Shown: piece after piece, positions 1 to 14,719 of the stretch | How positions within the stretch are numbered: position 1 is the first letter of the stretch | How the letters are laid out: every line of letters starts with the position of its first letter | DNA from: the human T2T-CHM13v2.0 reference genome, Homo sapiens | NCBI RefSeq assembly: GCF_009914755.1 | Contig: NC_060933.1 | Length of the DNA stretch: 64,000 bases | Direction: 5' to 3' (one strand) | The notes under the pieces: model-generated | Seen by the model: the letters and a program-made list of their open reading frames with translations, nothing else | Databases searched by the model: none | What the model was told of the DNA's origin: nothing | Program-made: the position numbers and the translations under genes

Positions 1-264
1 AAATATTGTTATCTGCCTTGACAGATTGTACATTTTATGCAATCCTTTATTTTTCATGGAGTTGGTGATTGCCTCGTTTCAGTCCATTGTTTGTTATTCT
101 ATATACTTTGTTAATTTCTTCCACTATTCTGGCATTGGAGTCTTTTGCCTCGCCTTAATAGATTGCAACATTCCATTTCCATTTTTCCTCTGGAGACTTC
201 CCACTCTGTGCTCCTCCCACTTTGGGGGGGCTGCTCTTCAGGCCTGCTGCACAGCTGTCTTTTC

Positions 265-630
265 TTTAATTGTGGTAAAATATGCATAACAAAATTTATC
301 ATCTTAACAATTTTTACATGTACATTCAGTACATACACAGTGTTAAGTGTATTCATACTGTTGTGCAGCCATCACCACCATCCATCTCCAGAACTCTTCT
401 CATCTTGCAAAACTGAAATTCTGTACCCATGAAACAATACCTCCCCATCCCCACCTCACCCTAGTGCCTGGCATCCACCATTCTTCTTTCTGTCTCTGTG
501 AATTTGACGACTCTAGGTACTGCATAGAAGTGGAAACATACAGTATATATATCCTTTCGTGACTGGCTGATTTCACTTGGCATAATATTCTCAAGGTTCA
601 TACACGTTGTAGCATGTGTCATATTTCCCT
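265..630 (-). mobile_element. Old L1 (L1MB-like) 3' end fragment
   Basis: Reverse complement of typical L1M 3'UTR (ttgtggtaaaatat...cattcttctttctgtctctgtgaatttgac...tggctgatttcacttggcataat). Confidence 0.65.
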
Positions 631-1309
631 CCCTTTTTGTACACCTGTCTTTTATACCTTCCTGCACTGCTCTCCTTCTTAGATCCACTTAGATCACTTT
701 TATTCCACTTTCTTGCTTTACCTGTCCATTTTGCTAGAGGTCCATAACCTCCGGTATCTTCTTAAATAAAGAGAATATGAGGCTGGGCACAGTGGCTCAC
801 GCCTGTAAAACAGAGTGACTCTGTCTTTTCTCAAAGATCTACTGATGGCCACACAAGGCATCTCCTTGCTGTGTTAGGTATATCATCCTATGTCCTATTT
901 CTTGTGGCATCATTGAGCCCACAGCAGGCCTCATTTTGAACTTCCACATGTGGCATTTTTTGAAAAATCTGTAGCTGTGGCAATACTGAGCTTGCATTTC
1001 CTCGTAGTTGCCAAGTTATGGCTGCCCCCAGTAAAGGGAAATTTAGAGACAATGCTTGCAAAGCTCCTACCAATAAGCCTGGTGAAGCACTTACTCAACA
1101 AATGGAAGTTGTTCTTTTTCATGGGATTACAGTTATTCAAAGGTTCAGAATTTAAAAGTGTTCAGAAGAAAAGGGGAGCCAGACCTGATATTTGTAGATT
1201 GGCTTAGATTTGGAGGTTTTTAAAAAATACTATTGAGTTGCCATCCTTGGCAAGGAGCTTGTATGTACAGCGATAGCTATAGATCCAAGCCAATCTACAA
1301 ATGTGTGTG

Positions 1310-1540
1310 TAGCACCTGGTTACGAGCATGGAACCTGGAGCTAGATTGCCTGGATTTGAATCCTGGCTTTACCACTCTCAGGCTGACTTTTCTTTTTTGT
1401 GTCTGTGTTTTCTCATCTCTAAAATGGGGATAATAATCGTACCAACATACCTTGAGTTTTGAGTTAATATATATGAACCAGCTTAGCATAATATTAGGCA
1501 CATACTAAACATTATATGAATGTTTGCTTATTATTTTTCA
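1310..1540 (+). mobile_element. MIR element
   Basis: MIR core tttctcatctctaaaatggggataataat, head ctggatttgaatcctggct and MIR-like 3' end. Confidence 0.75.
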
Positions 1541-1742
1541 ATAAGCTTATATGATAGGATCACTTAACTCAGCATAATATTAGGCATATACTAAACATTA
1601 TATGAACATTTGCTTTTTATTTTTCAATAAGCTTATATGATAGGATCACTTTACTCAGCATAATATTAGGCATACACTAAACATTATATGAATGTTTGCT
1701 TTTTATTTTTCAATAAGCTTATATGATAGGATCACTTTACTC
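1485..1742. repeat. Tandem repeat, 3 x 86 bp
   Basis: Units start at 1485, 1571 and 1657 (agcataatattaggca...gataggatcacttwactc) and are near-identical. Confidence 0.95.
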
Positions 1743-1823
1743 CTTGAGTACATTGTTTTCTTTGGGCTACAGAAGGCTCCCTGGTTGAAAGGACACATTT
1801 GTTTTCTTGGTTGTCATTCCAAT

Positions 1824-2112
<289 letters not shown>

Positions 2113-2119
2113 CCAATTC

Positions 2120-2538
2120 TTTTTTTTAATTTTTGAGATGGGGTCTCACTCTGTTGCTCAGGCTGAAGTGCAACAGGCTGAAGTGCAGGGTGATCACAGC
2201 TCACTGTAACCTTGAACTCCTGGGCTCAAGGGATCCTCCTGGCTCAGCCTTCCGAGCAGCTAGGACTACAAGCATGCATCACCACACCGGAATGATTTTG
2301 TTATTTTTCATAGAGAGACAGAGTTTCATGATGTTGCCCAGGCTGGTCTCAAACTCCTTACCCTCAAAAGATCTTCCTGCTGCTTGAGCTTGGGAGGTTG
2401 AGGCTGCAGTGAGCCATGACTGTATTACTGTACTCCATCCTGGTCAACAGAGTGAGACCCTGAAAAAAAAAAAAAAGATCCTCCTACCTTGGCCTCCCAA
2501 AGCACTGAGATTACAGGTGTGAGCCACTGTGTCTGGCC
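2120..2538 (-). mobile_element. AluJ-like element interrupted by a + strand Alu 3' fragment (2381-2476)
   Basis: Alu consensus match; inner fragment flanked by aaaagatcttcctgc / aaaagatcctcctac. Confidence 0.8.
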
Positions 2539-3164
2539 CTTGATTCTTTTTGTCAGTGCATAAGTCCTGGTTCAGGTATTGTGAAATCAAGTGATCATCC
2601 CACAGGAAACTGAAACTGAAATTGAGCAGCCATCATTCTGGTACCTCAAGGGACTCTGCAGGAAGACCCTAGGGGGACTCTGCCAAGAACAAGTCTAACC
2701 TGTTCTGAGTCTGTCTCTTTTTATGTATCTGTATCTCCTCCTACCATCAACTTTCTTTCTCACCGTCTATCCCAAGTCTGTTCTCTCATGGCTGCTGCTT
2801 TCTCATGATTTCTCTTACTCCTTTGGTTTGCTCAGGACTCCAGCGGCCTCACTCTGCCTTATGACTTTTCAATCCCAACCATCATGGCCAACTGCCTCAC
2901 TTCTGATTTCCCAATTCAAATTCCCAAGAGCATGAGTCTGTATGGGCAAAGACTTTTGGTCTGGCAGCCTCATGGACCAGTGGCTAATCTATAGCCTGGT
3001 TACTCAAATAGTTGTCCTACCCCGGCTAGTAGGCAAGGAAAGCTAAGTAACAGCTACAAAATTCGACAGCCTAGGACTTCTAGGATGGGTTCAGTAGAAT
3101 ATACGTGCTGGCATACACATGAAGAGTGTGAATGCCAGGCAAGTAGGCTGCTACAGTAGATTGG

Positions 3165-3687
<523 letters not shown>

Positions 3688-3865
3688 ATTTGCCATCTTT
3701 CATTTAAGCCCAGATACACAGACTGGCTATCTCAGCCATTCCTTGGGTAGCACATCCAAACCTGTTTCCTCTCAGTCTCTCCTTTGCCTTGTGACAAATA
3801 GGTTTTGGAAGAAGCTGCCTGTGGTCACCCTGAACTTGTTGTGCCTTTAAGAGTTGGGCATGCTG

Positions 3866-4159
3866 GCCAGGCGCGGTGGCTCATGCCTGTAATCCCAGCA
3901 CTTCGGGAGGCCGAGGCGGGTGGATCACGAGGTTCAAGACCAGCCAGGCCAAGATGGTGAAACCCTATCTCTACTAAAAAATACAAAAAATTAGCCGGGC
4001 GTGGTGGTGGGCGCCTGTAATCCCAGCTGCTCGGGAGGCTGGGGCAGAGAATTGCTTGAACCCGGGAGACGGAGGTTGCAGTGAGCCGAGATCGCGCCAC
4101 TGCACTCCAGCCTGGGCGACAGCGCGAGACTCCATCTCGGAAAAAAAAAAAAAAAAAAA
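3866..4159 (+). mobile_element. AluS (Sg-type) directly upstream of the promoter
   Basis: Full dimer with A tail; aagatggtg and ggcagagaattg diagnostics; TSD-like aagagttgggcatg / aagagtggcatg. Confidence 0.85.
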
Positions 4160-4289
4160 GAGTGGCATGTCACCTATTGTGTGTGGCCTGCACGTAATGC
4201 ACTAATTCTTAATCCCTCGCTGATCCCAGTGTAAAGTGGAGACACCAGTACATACTCAGCCTCACAGGACTGACTGGTCAGGCCACTCA

Positions 4290-5350
4290 TCCCCAGGCAC
4301 GCGGCCACCGGTCACTGACAACTACAGACCGACTCTGCCACCCAGATCAGGTGCCCAGATGCTCAGTCGCTCACACAGGTAACTACTCGCTCCCTACCTC
4401 CGTTCCCGGGACTGCGGCGCCCCAAACCCGGCGGTGTCTCAGCTTTCCCGGTCCCCGGCGGACGGTGGCCGAGGGGCGGCGCGGGTTTCCAGCCGGTGGG
4501 GTTAGGCCGCTGCACGCCGGAAGTGGCAGCTGAACAGGGGCACTGAGGTGTCGGCCGGCGGGGCAGTGGCCCGGAGCGGGGGGCGGGGGCGTTGATCATG
4601 TTTCCCTTTGGGCCCCATAGCCCTGGAGGGGACGGATCGGCCGGAGCCGGGGCTGAGGAGCCGACGCCCCACGAGGGGCAGGCAGCAGCCACCGGGCCGC
4701 CCTCGCCACTACATCCCGGGGCTGATGCGACCCATCCCCCTCCACCCGCCCGAAGCCCTCGCCGCCCCGGCGCCCCATCGCTGTCCCCGGCCCCGCGCTC
4801 CGGAGAGCTAGGGCTGCCTGGAGCTCCGGAGTCCTCAACTGCCTCCGCCCCGGGAGAGCCGTCACCTCCCTCCCCTCCGTGCCGGCGGCCCGGGCCAGAC
4901 TGCAGGGCCAAGAGCCGGGGCCGACACGGCCTCGGCGCGGGCCTGGGCGGCCCTGGCGCTAGGCTGTTCGGGTGGCTGAAAGAGCGCAGCCTGGGCCGCG
5001 GGCTGTTCGTGGACCCGGCGCGGGACAATTTTCGCACCATGACTAGCCTCTACGGTTCCATCCACCCCGCGGACTCGGTGTACCTCAGCACCCGCACCCA
5101 CGGCGCCGTCTTCAACCTCGAGTACTCGCCCGACGGGTAAGCGCGGCCCCTCGGAGGGCGGGCGCCCGCCTCCGCCCGGCTCTGCTGCCAGCGGACGGCC
5201 GTCCTGGGCTCGCTCCCCGCGCCCGGGCCGAGGTTAGCGAGGCCGTTTGGGGCCGCTGGCCTTCGTGCCTCCTGGCACTTTCTGAAGCGCATTCTCGCCC
5301 TTGGAATCCCCAGCCCAGCTTTTTGAGGCAGGCAGGCGGGGCCCCACTTG
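4290..5350. promoter_or_regulatory. CpG island / TATA-less promoter of DCAF10
   Basis: Abrupt GC- and CpG-rich segment spanning exon 1; ETS/GABP-type CCGGAAGTG at 4517-4525; GC box GGGGCGGGG at about 4580-4589. Confidence 0.85.
4598..5136 (+). CDS. DCAF10: DCAF10 (WDR32) coding exon 1: Pro/Gly-rich N-terminus, putative DDB1-binding H-box, start of WD40 propeller
   Basis: ATG at 4598 in a CpG island; translation MFPFGPHSPGGDGSAG...HGAVFNLEYSPDG recognised as human DCAF10; donor GG|gtaagc at 5136/5137, phase 2. Confidence 0.96.
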
Positions 5351-5879
5351 CTCGCCTTCAGGACTTGGGCTCTGTGAAGGAGAAATGCCCGAAGCTACAC
5401 AGCGGACCTGTCAGAGCCAGCCCACAACTAGGGCTTTCTGGTACACAGTAGGTGCTCAGTAAATACATTTTGAATAAATGCCCGCTTTCTCCCCATCATC
5501 CTAGGCTCGCGTTTTCCTACCTAAACCTGTGTCGGGGTAGGAAAGCTGTAGATTCCTTGCACTCTGTACCTGAACTTGCCATGATGGGGCAAGTGCGTTC
5601 CTTTGCTCAAGGAAGATACAGTACTAAGACACTGTAGAGACGTGGCTCTCATGATTTGGGTCATTTGTGAAGTCCCCAGGCTAGACTACAGCCTTTTTCT
5701 TGGCTGATTAAATATTTATTGTATGGCTTTGCTTTAAAGGGAACTTTCCAAAATCGTATCTATTTAAAACTTTGTCTTGTCAGTACACAAGTCCGCCATC
5801 AAAAGAAAAAATGTGCACAGTTCCACCATGAGGTGACATAGTTAATGTAATTCTTACCCCACCAAGCCTCTCGGTTGCT

Positions 5880-6260
5880 AGTTGTTTACTCAGTTGTTCA
5901 TTCATTCATTCTCTCATTCGGCGTATATTTGTTGAGCACTTGCTATGTTCCAAATGCAGGAGTAACCATGCTGAGCAAAACCAGCTAATGGCACTGTTTT
6001 CATTGAGCCTGGGACTTAATGGTTCAACTAGATAGTAGATAGCCTTACTAAATAATGCATAAAATATATTTGTTAATTGAGATAAAGTCTTGAAGGAATC
6101 TGTTATGGACACTGTGTTCACGGATTCCCTGAGGAAGTGGCACCTAAATGAAAATAAAAATGAGTACGAAATAAATTAGTCAAGATAGGGTTGGGAAAGG
6201 GATAGAAGTATTTCAGATGGAGATGATTGGTATGTCAAAGGTCGTAGAAGGGCAGCATAT
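5880..6260 (-). mobile_element. L2 3' fragment
   Basis: ttcattcattcatt...tatttgttgagcacttgctatgt and gaggaagtggcacctaa L2 hallmarks. Confidence 0.55.
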
Positions 6261-9051
6261 CATGTTACAGGAGGTGAAAAAAAATAGGTTTACAAAGCAA
6301 AAAATTTTACTGAAGAAAGACCTGAAGTTGCTAAGGAAGGAGCAAAGGAATAGAAACAGGAGTTACTGTGAGCAAGTAGACTCTATTCCATTTCAATGAT
6401 GGAAGCGCTTCCTAATCACACGTGGTGCTGGGGTCTCTGGGGTCTCAACAGCAATTGGTTGGAGCATGTAGCAGTGGATGCACACCTGAATAAGGTGGAA
6501 AACTGGTGAGAGGAGAAACTATTTTGCTGAAACTTATTCATGGAACCTCGCAGCCTCCTTCCTTCAGCCAAGCCCTATTCCTAAAGTTTCCCTCAAAACA
6601 CGAACAGTCTGTCCTCAAATATTCAGTTTCTCTCTTCATATCCCGGCCCCTCTCCTCCCAACCTCCTACCGATACTTTCAGGAATTCAGAAGCAGCTATT
6701 TCTACTTTTTGGATGTGGGATTTTAGGTGGGAGTATAATGAGAAGAACAGATTTTAGAGCTGTTAGAATAAGGGATATATTGCTTAGTTTTTGTTTGAAT
6801 CTAGAATGTATTTTCTCATAACAGTTTTGTAAAAGGTGGTTAGGAACTCTTGCACTTAATTCCATAATTTTAAATTACACAATTAACATATATGCTCATT
6901 GTGTAAAACCTAGGCAATAAATGAGCAAAAAATACCTAAACATTGCTTATGATCCCAGAGATTAAATGGATATCTAAGGAAATTTTTAATTTGTGTATGT
7001 TTATTTTAATATAAACATGGAATCACTGTTTTGTAGCTTGCTTTTTTTCTTACAGTAAATTGTGAACTGCTTATGTTAATAAATATATTTCTACAACATT
7101 AACATTTTTCATTAGTTTAAATAAAACCTCTTTGAACAAATATTTTATATTTATATCTTTAGGATAAATCCCTAGAATGAGTTATTGTTATGAAGATTTT
7201 TATATCTATTGTTAAATTGCCCTCTGCAAAGATCATACTAATTCTCATTACTATATTCTGATTCCTACATTCTAGACACATGCCTGTCTCCTCATACCCT
7301 TGGCAACACTGCATACTGCCATTCTTTTTCATGTTTATCAGGGTGATGAGTGAAAATACTTCAGTGTTTTAATTTTTCAGTCTTCTTACTTCATCTAGTA
7401 TGCCCTACATTTGTGTAGGACTTAAAGTAATTTTACAGATAGATGACATATCCGTGTTAAATGAGGTAATTTCTCATATCTTTCAGTTAAATATGAGTTA
7501 AATCAGCTTACCAGGTAGCATAACCACTGTCACCCTCAAGGACTTCTCAATACAGAGAAGGAGGGGGTGACACAGAATGTAAAAATTAAAATTATGAATT
7601 TAATAGAGACCACAATATAAGGAATTTGGCAATAAAAAAGATAAATGGGTTAGAAGGTATTTTCTAAAGAATTCAAAAAATGTTTTAAGTGATAGAAACA
7701 TTGTCAAAATAAGTGTATCACCTTCTAAAATGACATTTTGAAAAAGTAAAATTGATAATGTTAATAAATTATAGTATGTCAGACCCTGTCAAACTGTCCT
7801 CCATGAGAACACATTAGGCACAGCTATAGAGATAATTCACATATTGGAAAATAGAAGCAAAGAAACTAACTAGAATACAGACCTGGAAAACACAGAGATT
7901 GAAAATATGAAAAGGAGATTTAGTAACACAGAGCATAGAGAGAAAAAGCATACCATATAGTTAGCCAGAGTTCCTAAAGAAAATAGTCCCAGTTTCTTCA
8001 GGAACTCTGGCTAACTATATGGTACGCTTATACCATATAAGCATATCATATGGTGTAAGGGGGACTATTTGAAGACATAATAGCTGAGAACTTTCCAGAA
8101 TTGAAGAAAGGCACCAAGCCATGATTTAAGAAGCCCAACAAACCCAAGCAAGAATTCTTTCTAGACATATTGTAGTGAAACTGTGGGACAATAAATATAA
8201 AATCTTAAAAGACAGAGGAAAAAGGGGCCGGGTACGGTGGCTCACGCCTGTAATCCCAGCACTTTCGGAGGCTGAGGTGGGTGGATCACCTGAGGTTGGG
8301 AGTTCGAGACCAGCCTGACCAACATGGAGAAACCCTGTCTCTACTAAAAATACAAAACTAGCCGAGCGTGGTGGTGCATGCCTGTAATCCCAGCTACTCA
8401 GGAGGCTGAGGCAGGAGAATCGCTTGAACTTGGGAGGTAGAGCTTGCGGTGAGCCAAGACCGTACCACTGCACTCCAGCCTGGGCAACAAGAGCAAAACT
8501 CCATTTAAAAAAAAAAAAGTAGAGAAAAAAGGCCTCAAAGGAGCAACTATGAGAGTGATAGCCAATTAGTCTTCAACCATAATATAAATATAGAGACAGT
8601 GGTAATTATTTCAATATGCTAGGAAAAAACCCTCAGTCTAGATTTATACCCAACAAACATAGGTTCTTTGTCCTTGCCAAGAACAAAGATGAAATAAATA
8701 CATATTCAGACAAGGAAAGCTGAGTAAGTTTGCCAGCAGACCTCCAATAAAGGAATTCTAAGTTCAGAGAGAAGGAAATTATTTTCAAACGGAAGGTCTG
8801 AGAAGCTAGAAGGAATGAAGAACAAAAAGTGTTAAATATGTATGTACATGTTAATCTGATAATGTCTTTTGGGATTAATAGAGATGGAACAAAAATAGAA
8901 GACAATAATAGCATATAAATTATGAAGTGAGGCCGGGTGTGGTGGTTTATGCCTGTAATCCCAGCACTTTGGGAGGCCGAGGCGGGCGGATCACTTGAGG
9001 TCAGGAGTGTGAGACCAGCCTGGCCAACCTGATGAAACCCTGTCTCTACTA

Positions 9052-9255
<204 letters not shown>

Positions 9256-9520
9256 TTATGTATTTGGGGGGATAATAATATATGTTAACTTTGGGCTTTA
9301 ATAGGTATTTAAAATTTTCAAGGAACCAAAAGACAAGAAAGATTATAATTTCCAGACTAGTACAAGAAAAAGTACAGAATGAGAAAAAAATTCCAAAAGA
9401 AGGCAAGAAAGGAAAAGAAAAAAAGACAAGATATAATAAATAAAAAGCACAAAGAATAGCTGAAAATAAATCCAAACATTACTAGTTGCAATAACTATAA
9501 GGTACTAAATATTCTAATTA

Positions 9521-9865
<345 letters not shown>

Positions 9866-11374
9866 TTACTCTTAATGGCATTCGTAGACTACATTCAGGC
9901 CTGCTATTCAGCTGATACTGGTTCAGCTATACTAGTTGTTAAAATATTGATATGTCCATAGTGGTTGAACAGTTACTGTCCCAAGCCTGTTAAGTGTCAT
10001 CTTAATGCTTCATCGCCTTCCTTGGGACTTCCTATAGTAACCAATTATATAGCAACTAAAGAGTTAAGAACTAGGACAGCAAGAGACTGTCAGCAAACAT
10101 CTCACTGGAGAACTACAGGGCAGCAGCCATTCTAATTACTCCTCACCCGTGCCTGGCAACCTCCAACACACAAAAAAATCCATAGGCCCAGTGACCATCT
10201 GGCTTCCCTAAGAGTAGGGCTGCCTACCTTTCTCATATCACTCTCACATGGCCCCTTTGGGAACTACAGCCCCGGGAGATCCAGAAAGAAGAGCAGTCAA
10301 ATGAGAGTAATAGTACTGTACTACCGCAGTTGCCATCAAAATATATTAATTCTCTTGGCACAGTATACATTCCCATGGCAGGATAGAATCTACAGCAGAT
10401 GATCGAGGCCTGTGGGGATGGTTTATGGATGAATAACTTCTGGGATGCACATCCTTAGTTTTATCATTCTTGTTTAATTTCCCCATTATTTAGATAGGAT
10501 AAGTGTGCCAACACCCAATGAATACCTGCCTACAGTAGGCATTAATGACACTCATGTTATAAATGAAAATGACTACCAAAATACATCTTTTTCTGTCTAC
10601 CAGACACATTTAGTTGGGGGAATTAAGAAGCAGAAAGTTTATTAAATGAAGGTTCTGTACCTTGGTGTATGCTGTTAACTGCTGTGTTACGTTACCTCTC
10701 ACCTGGACTGAGGGATTAGGTTTAATATAATTAAGTATATCAATAAATTATTTTTGTGACTTAGTTATTAATATATTTAAACAAATATTGACTATATGAA
10801 ACTAACAGCAAGCATTTGAAGGGCTAAAAACATTTTAAAATATACTTACTGTTACTTCAGCAAAAGCCAAAAAGAGGATTCAGCTCCCATGAACAATTCT
10901 GTTGATGTTAAGAGTGATTTCTTTTTTTTAGGCCAGGTATGGCAGCTCATGCCTATAATCCTAGCACTTTGGGAGGCTGAAGGTGGAGGATTGCTTGAGC
11001 TCGAGTTCAAGACCAGCTGGGGCAACATAGGGAGACCTTGTCTCTACAAAAAATTTTAAAAAGTGTGATTTTTTTTAACGTATCATGACTACAAGTTATT
11101 TAATGACTATAAATTTAATGTGGACATTCTTAGAAGGGCTTTATCTAGTTTCCTATGTCAATTCATGGTTCAGACAAGGGCATCTGTGTCAAATAAAAGA
11201 TTATGGCTACAATTTCCAAAAATTAATAAATGATTGAAAATTACTAGAATGATTTAATGAACAATTTGAGCTACAATGGTTATCACCTGGTGAGCATTTT
11301 TATAATCTATATAGGTTAATTTATTTAGAAAATGTTTTTAAATTTTATTTATGTTAATTTATATTACCACTGAA

Positions 11375-11406
<32 letters not shown>

Positions 11407-11411
11407 TTTGA

Positions 11412-11731
<320 letters not shown>

Positions 11732-12156
11732 TAACAGCCGCTTCATCCTTATATTTTTCAAACACACAAGGAACAGTTATAAAATTTTCACATATGAGAC
11801 CACAAGTTTCAAAAGATTGGTATCATACCGAATACAGTTTCTCACCACAATGTGATCACTAGAAGTAAATAAAAAGATAACTAGCTGGCATGGTGGTTCA
11901 TACCTGTGATCCCAACACTTTGGGAGGCTGAGGCAGGTGGATCACTTGAGCCTGGGAGTTCCAGACCATCCTTACAAAAAATACAAAAATTAGCCAGTTG
12001 TGGGGCTCATGCCTATAGTCCTAGCTACTCAGGAGGCTGAGGTGGGAGGATCACTTGAACCCCGGAAGCAGAGGTTGCAGTGAGCCAAAATCGCGCCACT
12101 GCACTCCAGCCTGGGCGACAGCCTGGGCGACAGAATGAGACCCTGTCTCAAGAAAA

Positions 12157-12693
12157 ATATATATATTATATTATGTAAAAGTATATTATATATAATATAA
12201 AATATATATTTATATAATATATAAATATATAAAACATATATTTATATAATATATTATATAAATATATAATATATGTAATATATAAAATATATAATACATA
12301 ATATATAATATAAAATATATTTATATAATATAATATAAAAATATAATATATTTATATAATATAATATAAAAATATATTATATAATATAAAATATAAATAT
12401 ATTATATAATATAAAATATAAATATATATTTATATATTTATATTTATATATAAAATTTATATATAAAAATATATAAAAATACATATATAAAGTATATATT
12501 TATATAAATATATATTATATAAATATATATTATATAAAAATATATTTATATAATATATATATAATATATATTATATAAATATATGTTATATAAAATATAT
12601 ATTTATATAAAAATGTATTATATAATATATTATATAAATATATATTACATAAAATATATATTTATATAATATATATTATATATTTTATATTTT
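12157..12693. repeat. About 540-bp (TA)-rich low-complexity expansion in an Alu tail
   Basis: Almost pure A/T with tatataatatat-type units directly after Alu 11885-12156. Confidence 0.95.
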
Positions 12694-13327
12694 TGGAAGT
12701 CAAGAGACAAGTATAATTAAAAAGATAACCAGAGACCTGGCACAGTGGGTCACACTTGTAATCCCAGCACTTTGGAAAACTGAGGTGGGAGGATCTGGCA
12801 GGAGTTCAAGACCAGCCTGGGCAAGGAAGAAAGACTGTCTACAAAAATTTAAAAATTAGCCTGGTGTGGTGGCATGTGCCTGTGGTCCTAGCTACCCAGG
12901 AAGGTGAGGCAGGAGGACTGCTTGAGCTTCAGAGTTTGAGGTTGCCACTGCATTCTAGCCTGGGTGACAGAATGAGACTCTGTCTCAAAGAAAAAAAAAA
13001 AAAAAGATAACTAGAAAAGTCTCATTCATTTTCAAAAAGAATTGATAAATTCATGGGTCAAAGGGGAAATTATAATGGAAATTAGAAATGTTCAGAACTA
13101 AATGATAATGAAATCATATGTCTCAAAACTTGTGGGATACAAGTAAAGCTGTACTTAGTAGGAAAATTATAGTCTTTAATAAACTGATAAGGAAAATTAA
13201 TGAGCTAAGTATTCATCTCATGAAAGAGAATAGCAAAGTTATCTGCAAATAATAGGAAAATCAATCTAAAGAGAGCAGAAGGAAATATAGTAAAAAAAAA
13301 AAAAAGGTAGAAATTAGTGAAATTTTA

Positions 13328-13732
<405 letters not shown>

Positions 13733-13942
13733 TTAAAAAAATAAAAGGGTTAGGGGGAGCGGGGCGGCCGTGCGCGGTGGCTCACGCCTGTAATCCCAGC
13801 ATTTTGGGAGGCCAAGGCGGCTGGATCACCTGAGGTCAGGAGTTTGAGACCAGCCTGGCTAACATGGTGAAACCCCATCTCTACTAAAAATACAAAAAAG
13901 TAGCTGGGCATGGTGGCAAACGCCTGTAATCCCAGCCACTCA

Positions 13943-14047
<105 letters not shown>

Positions 14048-14290
14048 TTAAAAAAAAAAAAAAGTTGGGGGGACAATTTTATATGCAAGAGGTAGATTGT
14101 TTGGACCAAACTTCCAACTGAGAATAATCAGAAAAGCTAGAGAAAATATTAAATATTTAATGTAAGATATAGAAAGCTTATGTGTGAGGGGATTAGAGCA
14201 TTATCAGGGAAATGAAGAAATTGCAGGGTCAAGTTCTAAAAAATAGGAAAGCCAGTGATGTGAGCCCAGCATTTGAGCTCGCTTCTCTGA

Positions 14291-14719
<429 letters not shown>

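Noticed and set aside
781-826. 46-nt Alu head joined directly to an Alu tail
   Set aside because: Most simply an internal deletion of an Alu; no further signal.
1485-1742. Regularly spaced repeats as a CRISPR-like array
   Set aside because: Units are contiguous with no unique spacers, and the DNA is human.
4363-5040. 225-aa antisense ORF and other short ORFs over exon 1
   Set aside because: Expected stop-poor shadow frames of a GC-rich coding exon; low-complexity P/G/R/A content with no recognisable domain.
4592-5140. ORF track entry treated as a complete 182-aa protein
   Set aside because: The TAA is part of the gtaag splice donor; the true CDS starts at ATG 4598 and splices at 5136.
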